DNA of 64,000 bases. It comes from Nemertoderma westbladi (Eukaryota; Animalia; Xenacoelomorpha). Both the position numbers and the translations under genes were made by a program. Below, piece by piece: positions 1 to 10,621 of the stretch. The stretch covers positions 1-64,000 of the forward strand of contig JAUCBJ010008647.1 of the NCBI GenBank assembly GCA_032718475.1. Direction: 5' to 3'. Under the pieces are notes generated by a model. The model ran no database searches, was not told the origin of the DNA, and worked only from the letters and a program-made list of their open reading frames with translations. Within the stretch, counting starts at the first letter, position 1. Every line of letters starts with the position of its first letter.

Positions 1-363
1 TGGTGACAGCCGTGGTAGAGTTGGCGATCGAATCGATATAATAGGGTAGTGTGGGGCTAGCCACACGATGAGAGGTTTGGGTACGCGAAGATGAATATGC
101 TATGGTTGGTTGATGCAACGACACGAACCAATACGCGCGGGTGGTAACAGCTGTAGGAGTAAGGAGGGCATCGTGAGGTTAGGCTACGCGTAGGTGATAG
201 GCAGCGATTGGTTGAAGGCAACGAGGCGAATCAATATTGATGGTGACAGATGGTCATTAAACACCTCGATTTAGCACCGGAATTTGGCATTTTTTAATTG
301 CCTCCGAGATGTGGCCCGTAGCCCAGGCTAGGGAGGAGTGAGTGGAGGGCTATGCTTCTCCTA

Positions 364-741
364 CTACTTATAGAATCCTTCCATCTCAGATTGATCAGTG
401 TCGTTCACATCACTGAATTGGACATGTAGTTCGGAATCACTCACCTGACTCGGACTATTTCGCTCGAATTCAGTGTGCAACAAGATATGATGTTTCGCAC
501 CGCACTTTGCACACCTTGCGTCGGAGTAACAGGTTCGCCGTTGGTGTCCTCGTCTGAGGCAATTATAACACAACCGCTTATCCCACATGACTTCCCGTCT
601 CTTTTTTAATGATTTCTTTAAGAATTTATCACACACATTTAAACGGTGGGGCCCGTCGCACAGCACACATTTGGGCTTGATGTTACTTACTTTAACATGT
701 GCTGTGTGGTGCACGTTCATTCTTTCCTCGGGCTTTCTCAC
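364..741 (-). pseudogene. gag: Gag C-terminal zinc-knuckle segment (frameshifted continuation)
   Basis: CVLCDGPHRLNVC, CYNCLRRGHQRRTC and CAKCGAKHHILLH form the typical BEL/Pao three-knuckle array. Confidence 0.8.
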
Positions 742-3422
742 CTGAATTCTCTTGGGAGACGTAGGAGGAGTTTTCTTACCTGTTCTCTCCTGTCATTGGT
801 TCGAGACTTGAATTTACTTACCTGGTCTTTAGGCGTTTTATTGACATAAGATCTTTCAGTGTCTTTCCCGCTATCCTCTCCTTGAGAAGTCTGGCTTTCG
901 CCGTCGTCTGTATAACACACTGGTGTTACCCTTCTCCTAGAAACGGGTTTCTCACTTACCTTGTTTTCCAGTGTCTTCTCTCTGGACTGCCTTAGGAGCT
1001 GTAATTTCACTTCTCCATCTAAGAATGACATGAGATCAGCCATGGTAGGGTCTCGTCGTTGTTGTTCCATCATATATAACACTTTCTTATCCCAGCGTGT
1101 ACCTACTCCACCCTTCGGTAAAGTAGAAGCCACTGCTCTAATAACCATGGCGCTCTGATACTCATGAGACTTACCTAGCCAATCTAATTGTCTGCAGATC
1201 TCCTGAATTTCATCGGAAAACTCTATAATCCCGCTGCTAATAAACTTTCGGGGTGCTACTAACTTTGCATACAAATACCCAGCTATGTTATTCCTATTAC
1301 CATACCTGATGTTTAGTGTATCCCAAACTTGTCTTAATCCGTCAGGATGTCCAATAAACTTTAACGCCATTAACTTGGGAGATCCTTCCAAGCACTCGAT
1401 GAGGAATCTAAGTTTCTCTCCATTAGATAGCACAGAGTTCTGTATGTTATCTTTGTAATATTCATTAAAAGGTAACCATTTCATCTCATCTCCATTGAAC
1501 TTGACGATCTCTCCCACTTTTACCGCTTGCCGGGCTTCGGTTCTAGCCATTTGACGCGTAAAACTTTCTTGGGCCATCGTGTTATTTAATATCGAGTTAT
1601 CGGTATATAAATTTCTCGGATTATGATCCGGTCTATAGGGAATATCATTATCAACAGATCTATAATTACCCTTAATAGGGTTCACTATAGGAGTTTCTAC
1701 TTCGCTAGCAGTATAGATGCGTGTAGGCTCCACACCTTGCGCATGAGATACTTCAGACCTAACAGGTTGACACATTGTTACAAGGGGTGGTGGTATACCC
1801 TTTTGTAAATTTACTAATTTATCGCGTTCTAGCGCGATATTTTGCTGCACTTCCTGCAACTCTAACCTACTTTCCTTTACGGTTCCCTTTAACTGTTGAA
1901 CAGTCCCTTCTAACTCTCGGACCTGTTGGGAGGAGCGCCTTTGATTCTCCTCCATCTTTCCGAGGAGAATGTCCATCCCCCGCCGTCTCTCGTCCACCCA
2001 ATCAACCGCCGAAACGGGATCCGCCAACGTTGTAGCGGGCGGACGAGGGACAACGGGCGACAAATCATGAATATTTCGCTCGGGGTCCAGGACCTGAACT
2101 GTCTCATGGGCTGTTCTATTGGGCACAGGTAGCTTAGTGCTGTGCAGAGGGAATTTAGAGGTAACTTCAGGGAGCACAGGTGTGTCTATCACCGAAGGGG
2201 TGATTTCAAGAACAGGCCTAATTATTTCAGGCTCATCTACTATAGTAGGGAGTCTTTCTATTTTAACCACCTGGTCTATGGGTTCTGTACTACCTAAGTT
2301 GGTGTTATTTAGTTGCCTTCTAACAGCTGGAGGCAAATCAGGCAATTTATGATGGTGGGATGTTCTTCTACGTCTGCTTAGACGAGATCTATTTCCTTTG
2401 CCTTCAGTATCGGTGGTATCACCTTCCTCAGATGATGTATATCCCTGTCGTTTGGGAGTAGATCGACTCATCATCTGCATATTACTAGCTGTTAACTGTT
2501 TATTTATGCAGTCTTGATTCTCCTGAATGTTTTCCAATTCTAATTGGGTGGTTTCTTCGGAAGCTCTCCGTTCTGCTTCTGCTACTGCCTCGGCCGCTGT
2601 TACAGCCGCCTTTCTTTCTGCTTCGGCCGCTGCCGCTGCCACTTTTCTTTCGGCTTCTGCCTCTGCCTCTGCCGCCTTTCTTTCGGCTTCTGCCTCTGCC
2701 TCTGCCGCCTTTCTTTCGGCTTCTGCCTCTGCCTCTGCCGCTGCCACTGCCGCTTTTCTTTCTGCTTCTGCCGCTGCCACTGCTGCTGCCACTGCCGCTG
2801 TCTTTCTGTCTTCTATACGTTTTTTCTTGACTTGCTCCTCCTGGACTCGTGTGATGCGGAGTTGTTCATCAAATTTAGCCTGGTTCGCAGCCCTCATTTC
2901 CATATCGATGGCATCCAACACAAGCTTGGTTCCTTCACTATTAGGGCTAAGTCCCTCTAACCTTCTCCTCAACTCGTCATCACCTAAAAAACGTTGATAG
3001 TCTGACAGATAGATGTCAATGGCATCCCTCTTATGCGGTTTCTCTGCCGTCGCTTCACTTTCCACTTGGGAAAAAGTAGCGTCTGTTGATTCTCCATGGG
3101 TTGAGCGCTCCTCCAGCTGAGCTTTCCACTGAGCTGTTCCTTGAACCTGGCGACTCACCCGTTGAAACCAAGTCTTTACGGCAACTTGCAACGACGTGTC
3201 TTGTCTTCTTTTAGAAGCCTCTTCAAAGGCTGATAATATTAGCCTGATTCGCAGAATTCTTTCTCTAACTTGATAAAGCAGTTGTCCCTGCTCTTGAGGT
3301 CCTTGAGGTTGTTGTAACAGTTGTTTTTCTACTCGCTCCATAGAGCTGAAGAATCCCTGTGCGTATCCGGCTGCGGACCTCTTCCACACAGCTGGATCGA
3401 TGGTTTCCTTGGCTACTCCCAT
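738..3422 (-). CDS. gag: BEL/Pao Gag-like protein, main part (coiled-coil AEAERKAA repeats plus capsid-like core); frameshifted before the zinc knuckles
   Basis: 894-aa ORF whose core motifs resemble the other Gags in this window (F-D/N-G-D...F, L..L..Y/C, L...YG). Confidence 0.75.
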   Translation of the reverse strand: MGVAKETIDPAVWKRSAAGYAQGFFSSMERVEKQLLQQPQGPQEQGQLLYQVRERILRIRLILSAFEEASKRRQDTSLQVAVKTWFQRVSRQVQGTAQWKAQLEERSTHGESTDATFSQVESEATAEKPHKRDAIDIYLSDYQRFLGDDELRRRLEGLSPNSEGTKLVLDAIDMEMRAANQAKFDEQLRITRVQEEQVKKKRIEDRKTAAVAAAVAAAEAERKAAVAAAEAEAEAERKAAEAEAEAERKAAEAEAEAERKVAAAAAEAERKAAVTAAEAVAEAERRASEETTQLELENIQENQDCINKQLTASNMQMMSRSTPKRQGYTSSEEGDTTDTEGKGNRSRLSRRRRTSHHHKLPDLPPAVRRQLNNTNLGSTEPIDQVVKIERLPTIVDEPEIIRPVLEITPSVIDTPVLPEVTSKFPLHSTKLPVPNRTAHETVQVLDPERNIHDLSPVVPRPPATTLADPVSAVDWVDERRRGMDILLGKMEENQRRSSQQVRELEGTVQQLKGTVKESRLELQEVQQNIALERDKLVNLQKGIPPPLVTMCQPVRSEVSHAQGVEPTRIYTASEVETPIVNPIKGNYRSVDNDIPYRPDHNPRNLYTDNSILNNTMAQESFTRQMARTEARQAVKVGEIVKFNGDEMKWLPFNEYYKDNIQNSVLSNGEKLRFLIECLEGSPKLMALKFIGHPDGLRQVWDTLNIRYGNRNNIAGYLYAKLVAPRKFISSGIIEFSDEIQEICRQLDWLGKSHEYQSAMVIRAVASTLPKGGVGTRWDKKVLYMMEQQRRDPTMADLMSFLDGEVKLQLLRQSREKTLENKVSEKPVSRRRVTPVCYTDDGESQTSQGEDSGKDTERSYVNKTPKDQVSKFKSRTNDRREQVRKLLLRLPREFR

Positions 3423-3456
3423 CTGGTGTATGTCTTCCCAGGCAGCTTCTGATAAA

Positions 3457-3975
3457 TCAAACGGGAGTCCGGGTCCGGGGAAGTTCCATTGCGACTCGCT
3501 GCGACTTCAGTTCTTCCCTCGTGTATCCCGCATAACTATCTCTAGTTGATCGCTGACTTCTCGCCCAATCGATCTGGTGTTCTTCCACCGCAATCAATAA
3601 CCTAGTGAGTACGGCTGCAGGAAGGATGAGAAGGGGATCCGAATAAACCGCATCCATCATACTTGCTCCGCGCTCGGGTGTCAGTTCTACAGTATCTTCA
3701 CTACTGGAGCTGTCGGGCCGCTGAGAAATAAGTTCTTGGCTCGCGGGTTGTTGCTGTTCCGCTGCTTCTTGGTCCCGCTTGACCTGAGCTCGAGTGCCTA
3801 TGATAGACCTACGATGTTGGACCAGCCTAGGTTCTTTTATTACTACTGGAGGGATGACCTTCCTCACAGTGGGGGGTGAACTGAACTTAGGTGTAGACGG
3901 TTCTACGCCTTTATCTGAGTCGCAGATAGTTACATCTAATAAACTGTCTGACAGGTTCTGCTTAGTATCAGACAT
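3457..3975 (-). CDS. 172-aa ORF immediately upstream of gag, function unknown (possibly a detached Gag N-terminus)
   Basis: ATG-started ORF ending 34 nt before the gag ATG; no recognisable motif. Confidence 0.35.
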   Translation of the reverse strand: MSDTKQNLSDSLLDVTICDSDKGVEPSTPKFSSPPTVRKVIPPVVIKEPRLVQHRRSIIGTRAQVKRDQEAAEQQQPASQELISQRPDSSSSEDTVELTPERGASMMDAVYSDPLLILPAAVLTRLLIAVEEHQIDWARSQRSTRDSYAGYTREELKSQRVAMELPRTRTPV

Positions 3976-4104
3976 GTTTGTTTAAACAGTTGAATGTCTA
4001 CCGCTATATTACAGTCTAAGCAAGTCTAGTAATTCAGTGTTAACTGCTAGCCTAGTAATTAATTACCGATACTGCTACTCAATGTAGTGTGATATATATA
4101 ATAT

Positions 4105-4490
4105 ATTAGAATACCGGTATGCTTATAGTATATATAACTATATAAGTATTATTACAGACTAGGTTTATCACAGAATACCGGTATAATTTTAGCACAAAGA
4201 TATATAAATATATAATAGGCTTATCGGGAATACCGGTATACAGTTTACAGTTTGTAGTATATATAATTCTGGACTAGAATTAATTACAAGTACCGGTATA
4301 ATTTCAGCCTAAATTTATAGAAATAAAGATAATAGGCCTATCGTAAATACCGGTATGCAGTTTACACTTATAGTGTATATATATAAGTATAATTACAAAC
4401 TATAATTAATTACAGAATACCGGTATGATTTCAACCTAAAATTTATAGAAATAAATATAATAAGCCTATTGTAAATACCGGTATATCAAT
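4105..4490. repeat. Degenerate AT-rich tandem repeat of about 60 bp centred on the palindrome TACCGGTA
   Basis: About 7 occurrences of TACCGGTA at roughly 55-70 bp spacing with similar flanks. Confidence 0.6.
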
Positions 4491-5424
4491 TATTTTAAAT
4501 AACTGAATTTCTGAATTTTAAGGGTTACTTGGTTACTTTAACTTACTTTATTGCCGTTATTTAAGCAGTAGTCCAACTGATATTGAGACCTAATTGTTGT
4601 GTGGCAGGCCTACTATTTATAAATCGTTTGAGTTGATTTATAATATATATATATATACCCGTTTAATGGGTTTTGTCAATGTTTGAAATAAATGTTATTA
4701 TTTCTGGGGAGTAATTACTACACAAAGCGGTGCGCTTTCAGTGAAGTGTTACTTATAGGACACTAAAACAAATAATGCTAATTTACCTAAGTTACTTAAT
4801 ACTACAAATTACGTACAATTCGGGTGAGATTACAATCTCTAAATAAACACAAAAATTTACAAAAACACAAAATACGAATTTTCAGGGTAATTTTACAAGA
4901 AGTCTACAAACCAGCCTAACAAAGGGTTAGAAATCTGGTTATTACAACGGACAGGGTACTACGGTATTTAAAAATAATAAGTAGTAGTAAATACACTGCG
5001 TTGTCCAGATAGGAAAATACCACCGCCTGACGACCTATAGCCGTATCGCTATAGGTACTACGTTATGTATCACGGAGTGTTCCTACCTAGAAGTTAATAG
5101 AGCTAATCGAACGTGCCTATCAACCACTTTACAACACAAATATAATGCCTACACTAATTACTTTCGGAAAGCACTGTACACTAAACCCTAAATTAGGTAC
5201 GAGTACTTGTACAACATATAATCAGTAGTTAAATATACTTGAACAGCTAAAAGAACCACGGCATCTGCTGGAGTGACCGGTGCACAAAATCACCAGTCTT
5301 TACCTACGCCAAGCAGCCCGTGTAGTACCGGGGTTAATTTAACTATAGCGGTATGTATAACAAACACAATTATTGTAGGAACAAACTTGGGGAATGAATG
5401 TTGCGAATAATCGCATAAACTCTG

Positions 5425-5998
5425 AATAATAAATATTACGCTACGCATACAAACTACTCAAACAAAATGCAGACCAAATACTGACAGACTACTATCAAGC
5501 CTAAATAAACTACAGGACATGCAGACTCCGAAATGATTAGGTAGTATGCGTTCTAACCCAGTAGTACGACTTATTCTTTAGATGGGGGTTTACCTTACAG
5601 CTTTGGCTGCCCCTACTTCCTAACCGTTCTTTATCGGACAGAGGCTCTACACACACTGCAATCCTTCAGACCTAACAACAGCCAGACAACTATCCAGCCT
5701 ACAAATTATCTAAATAAATATTATACGCTACCTGTACAGACCACACAAACAAAGTACAGACTAAACGATGGCAGACTACTCTCAAGCCTAAATAAACTAC
5801 AGGACATGCAGACTCCGAAATGATTAGGTAGTATGCGTTCTAACCCAGTAGTACGACTTATTCTTTAGTTGGGGGTTTACCTTACAGCTTTGGCTGCCCC
5901 TACTTCCTAACCGTTCTTTATCGGACAGGTGATCTACACACACTGCAATCCGTTCAGACTTAACAGCAATCAGACAACAGCTCAGCCTACAAATTGTC
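5425..5998. repeat. Tandem duplication of about 287 bp
   Basis: CAGACTACT(A/C)TCAAGCCTAAATAAACTACAGGACATGCAGACTCCG... occurs at about 5485 and 5772. Confidence 0.85.
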
Positions 5999-7421
5999 TG
6001 TACAATCTGATCAGGCTTACACGCCTTCTGTTCAATACTAGTCAATAAAAAACCAGGGCTGCAGTCCCTGATTAATTATTAAGGCCTACTGGTATATAAT
6101 TATCAAAATCGAATAATACTGCTGTACCTGTACTGCTGTAGGTACCGGTCCGGGTGGTTAGGTAGTCAGGCCTACTGGGTACCGGTTGCCGGTACTTCAG
6201 CTTTATTGCCTACTGCAATACAGAAGCAATATCCGTTATTGTTCGCGCTTTCAGACCTTTGGCAGTTTAACCCGCCAAATTAGGATGTCTTCTAGATAAT
6301 AAATCGCTTTTAGCCTCTGACAAGTATTTGATTCACTACACTAGTCGAAACCAATCGGTGCGCGATCATTCACCCGCTGGATATACCCGGGAGATTGGGT
6401 TCGACGGCTTAATCGTATTGCTATGTAAGCCTAATGTATTATTCGACTGACAGTATTATATAATCTCTGACAATATTATTCACCTTCGGGGAATATTAAC
6501 AGTTCCTTTAGGATGTGGCGCTCTATCTATATAAACAGAGTTATGACTTAAACTACTCACAACGATATGGCTTAGTTACAATTCACATATATGGCGCATT
6601 CTTTAGGAAATGCTTCGTTATCAGTCTCACTCATACACAATACTGCACAATACTGCACACTAATCTGCCGATCTTCACTGATTTTAGTCACATATAAAAG
6701 GAACACGGACCGAATCATGTAGGGTCTATCAAATAACATTAGATTCACTTCAAACCACTTTAACATAAGTCGCAATCGTTATATGTAACCTTTCTCTCTT
6801 ACCTTCGGTATATCAAGAATATTGGGTTTTCGGGGTTATTTATCGTTATTCCAAATATAATAATTCATCAACCATATTATGAAGAACTGACAGTAAATAG
6901 CAGTATAACAATATAAAAGTATGCACAGGTTGTTTGATTAGGTATGGTATGTTATGTATAGTTATGATAACGGATATATGTCCTTATAATTAAGCCTACT
7001 AGTGTAAGACTAAAAAACTGAAAACACTGAGGTGCCAAAAGCCGGTTCTTAGGCTCTGGGCAAAAACATAACACTGAACTACTGAGCCTCTGTATACACC
7101 TCCAACACAGAGACAACAAACGCTCTGATTGGTCAACCGAACAACGAGAGAACAAAGAAACAAAGAAACGTTGACGTGGCAATATCAGCTGTTAGCCGTC
7201 GTCATGGTAGCGACACTGTTTTCAAGAGTATCCAGCTTATCGCGTCACGAGATTGCGGATTATGTCCTCTAAAGTACAAATACAGTACAAATACATAAGA
7301 AATTACTTTTATGTCCTCTAAAACACCAGTACAGCAAGGACACGGCCTTTTTATGCCTGGCAAACCAACTACAGAGTACTTTAAGGGAAAATAACCGGTT
7401 AATGACGCAAAAGCTTTTACA

Positions 7422-8035
7422 GGTGCTAGGTGCAGCCACAATAGTAAGTATAACGGTGCTAGGTGCAGCCACATTAGTAAGTATAACGGTGCTAGGTGCA
7501 GCCACAATAGTAAGTATAACGGTGCTAGGTGCGGCCACAATCGTAAGTATAACGGTGCTAGGTGCAGCCACATTAGTAAGTATAACGGTGCTAGGTGCAG
7601 CCACATTAGTAAGTATAACGGTGCTAGGTGCAGCCACATTAGTAAGTATAACGGTGCTAGGTGCAGCCACATTAGTAAGTATAACGGTGCTAGGTGCAGC
7701 CACATTAGTAAGTATAACGGTGCTAGGTGCAGCCACAATAGTAAGTATAACGGTGCTAGGTGCAGCCACATTAGTAAGTATAACGGTGCTAGGTGCAGCC
7801 ACATTAGTAAGTATAACGGTGCTAGGTGCAGTCACAATAGTAAGTATAACGGTGCTAGGTGCAGCCACAATAGTAAGTATAACGGTGCTAGGTGCAGCCA
7901 CATTAGTAAGTATAACGGTGCTAGGTGCAGCCACAATAGTAAGTATAACGGTGCTAGGTGCAGCCACAATAGTAAGTATAACGGTGCTAGGTGCAGCCAC
8001 ATTAGTAAGTATAACGGTGCTAGGTGCAGCCACAT
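7422..8035. repeat. 33-bp minisatellite, about 18.5 copies
   Basis: Unit GGTGCTAGGTGCAGCCACA(T/A)TAGTAAGTATAAC. Confidence 0.95.
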
Positions 8036-8953
8036 TTTCTAAAAGAAAAAAAACGGTAACAATGAAAATTTATTGAATAGGTTGAAGATGACGTATTAGT
8101 TTACGGAAGTGAAATATGATTGGGAGAATAATTTACTTATGAAATGTAAAGCGCTAGGATATGAAATGTTCCTATCAAATGAATGAAATCATAACATTAT
8201 ATTTGTGCATAAATAAAAAACATTGTTTATCAGTTATAAAAAATTAGAATCCCTACCACCAAAACAGTACGTCCTAATTCTTATTCTGTGTTCTTTCAGA
8301 GTGTGGGCGGGGTGTGAGGGGGGGGGGGGGGATGTCGAAAGCCAATACTATCCGAATATTAGAATATATGGCTAGTATAATTATAATAATTAATTGTTCG
8401 CTAAGATGGCTTGCAGCTTCTGCTGCACGAAGCCCCACTTGAACCAATCCCACACAAAGTATAGTAGAGAGTACAAGTACACTTCCTTCATCTTTTAACT
8501 GGCAAAAATATGGATATATGGATTCTCAATTATATGAATTTTCTCCCCAAGGCCATGGCTTCGAAAATAAAATCTAATCTATGCCAATAAAAGTCAAATT
8601 CTGTCTCTCTGCGCTCGAACTGATCCAAAACAGGCGGAATGATTGCACTGGGAATTGGCATGTGTGATCAACTTTAACCAGTGGTCGTTATAGGCCACTT
8701 TTGGAAAAGTTTAATTCACGTTCGGTACCAGCGGGCTGACGGGCAGAGGGATTGTACTGGGACAAGTTCGGTACCGGTACCAGTTATTGCCGGTTATGGC
8801 GGAACCGGTACCGGCCAGGTTTTTTGAATTACCGCACACATTAATGGGTACTACATTCTGTATCAGGGAGGCCTAGCAATGCAATTATCAGGAAATACCG
8901 GGTAACCCGCCTCGGGTATTGCCAGCTAGTATAATATAAAACTGAAAACCAAC

Positions 8954-9283
8954 CTCTCCAGTATCACCATCTTCGGTCTCTGGCGGTTGAACTACCACAT
9001 CGTCATCTACATTCAATCCTCCATCCCCATGTCCCTTGGTTCGTATACACAAACACCGGGCCAAACAGCTGAATAGCAGCATCCGCAACCAGGACGGAAC
9101 CGGTTTGGCCGCGGGTCCCTGGTTCTGGATCACCATCACTATTATAGTTAGGATACAGGCGATAGTAAGGAGGGCGATAACGGTAAAGTAGTACCAGGCG
9201 ATATAGGGGATAATGAGACCATCACTGGGGACAGTTTCAGCAACAACGAGTTGGTAAACAATAACAGACAGAAGGACAGTCAC
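8954..9283 (-). CDS. Internal exon of a Cys-loop ligand-gated ion channel (nicotinic acetylcholine receptor-like, resembles alpha9/alpha10 type): M2, M2-M3 loop, M3 and start of the cytoplasmic loop
   Basis: VTVLLSVIVYQLVVAETVPSDGLIIPYIAWYY...LTIIVMVIQNQGPAAKPVPSWLRMLLFSCLARCLC follows the nAChR pattern (VTVLL..TVFQL.VAE.MP, P.I..YY, PVP.W.R). Acceptor TTACAG|GTG at 9284/9283, putative donor GAG|GTTGGT at 8954/8953; 330 bp, phase 0-0. Confidence 0.88.
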
Positions 9284-9517
9284 CTGTAATAATCGGTAAA
9301 CAATAACAAGCAGAAGGACAGTCACCTGTAATAATTGGTAAATAATAACAGACAGAAGGACAGTCACCTGTAATGATTAGTTAAGAATAACTTACAGAAG
9401 GACAGTCACCTGTAATAATTTGTAAACAATAACCTACAGAAGGACAGTCACCTGTAATAATTAGTAAACAATAACCGACAGAAGGACAGTCACCTGTAAT
9501 AATTAGTAAACAATAAC
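9251..9517. repeat. 42-bp satellite, proximal block overlapping the exon start
   Basis: About 6 units of GTCACCTGTAATAATTAGTAAACAATAACAGACAGAAGGACA, more diverged than the distal blocks. Confidence 0.95.
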
Positions 9518-9935
9518 TGTGAGCGGATTCAATTCCGCCTCACCAACCCCCATAAAGTGGGAAGTGGCGCCTTTAAGCAATATTGGGGATACGAGGTTAA
9601 TCCCCAATTAACCTCGTATCACACACCCAATAAACGGGGACAACAAACCCCGAAGGGCCACACAAAGGGAGGTCAGAGGTTAAACCTCCGGGAGAGGAAA
9701 GTGACAGTAGCGGGGGGGGGGGGGGGGGGGGAAACACTCCCACAGAGGTGGGAGCCGAGAATTAGGTTATTGGCCAATCAGAGCCAGGAAATGCATCCGC
9801 TAAGTAAATGAGGCCACAAGTACAGTAGGTAACCAATATATATTACCGATCAGTATTCTGTAGTTCAGTTATCTCAGTCACACAGGGCAGTACGGTGACA
9901 CTTTAACACCTTCACCGCCATCACCAATTATTGTG
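9518..9935 (+). mobile_element. Truncated LTR of the recurring BEL family (family A)
   Basis: Starts TGTGAGCGGATTCAATTCCGCCTCACCAACCCCCATAAAGTGGG, homologous to the LTRs at 46564 and 51297; 3' part missing. Confidence 0.85.
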
Positions 9936-10354
9936 TGTTACGCGGCAATCTGGGATCTACAGCTGGGCTAGTTACACCGCCTACGCCCCAAACTGCACAC
10001 ATAAAGGACAATGAAGACGCTGGAAGTGAAGTCACGTGGAATGCACCAGGGACCCACCAGAATAACACTCCCAACAACATAAAGCTCAGTCGACGAAGTC
10101 ATGTGGGATGGGGTTACGCAACATTCTGGGATCTTCAGCTGGACTAGTTACACCGCCTACGCCACAAAATCCACGCAACGGTCCCACCAGAATAACGCGA
10201 CTGAGAAACATAAAACCTCATCATTGAAGTCATGTGGATGCACCATGGACCCACCAGAATAACGGGATAGAGGGGGTGTTGCGCGGCAATCCGGGATCTA
10301 CAGCTGGACTAGTTACACCGCCTACGCCCTGAACTGCGCACGCAACGGACAACA
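9936..10354 (+). repeat. Three-copy degenerate repeat (about 170-bp period) with TRIM-like termini
   Basis: GGGATCT(A/T)CAGCTGG(G/A)CTAGTTACACCGCCTACGCC three times; last copy TGTTG...CAACA (10277-10354) is preceded by a purine tract. Confidence 0.6.
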
Positions 10355-10621
10355 TAACATACTACAATGGATACAATGAATTCCACTTCAAATCTTTACC
10401 ATTTCCAATAATCCAATGTCGTTGGTCCCGATGACCAAAATCAGGGTAAACAATACATAAACGACCCTGCGTCAGTCGAAACATCTGCAGGGTGACGCTG
10501 GACTCCACATAACACACGAGGAAACACAAATACCATTGCGTGGTTACAGTTGGTTCAAGGGGGTCCATTATCATTGTCGATAAATCACAGTTTAAGAGTT
10601 TGTCAACAGGATGAGAAGGGT

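Larger units (their letters stand above)
364..3975 (-). mobile_element. BEL/Pao-like LTR retrotransposon remnant, gag region only; boundaries not determined
   Basis: ORF 738-3422 has a BEL-type Gag core (KFNGDEMKWLPF..., LSNGEKLRFLIECLEGSP, LNIRYG). ORF 364-741 has the BEL triple Cys/His cluster. No protease or RT follows the stop at 364 within the window. Confidence 0.75.

Noticed and set aside
7202-8076. Repetitive ORFs over the 33-bp minisatellite
   Set aside because: Open on both strands simply because the unit is a multiple of 3 without stops.
8530-8630. Possible downstream M4 exon of the receptor
   Set aside because: The translation lacks a convincing W..VA.V.DR motif and hydrophobic helix.
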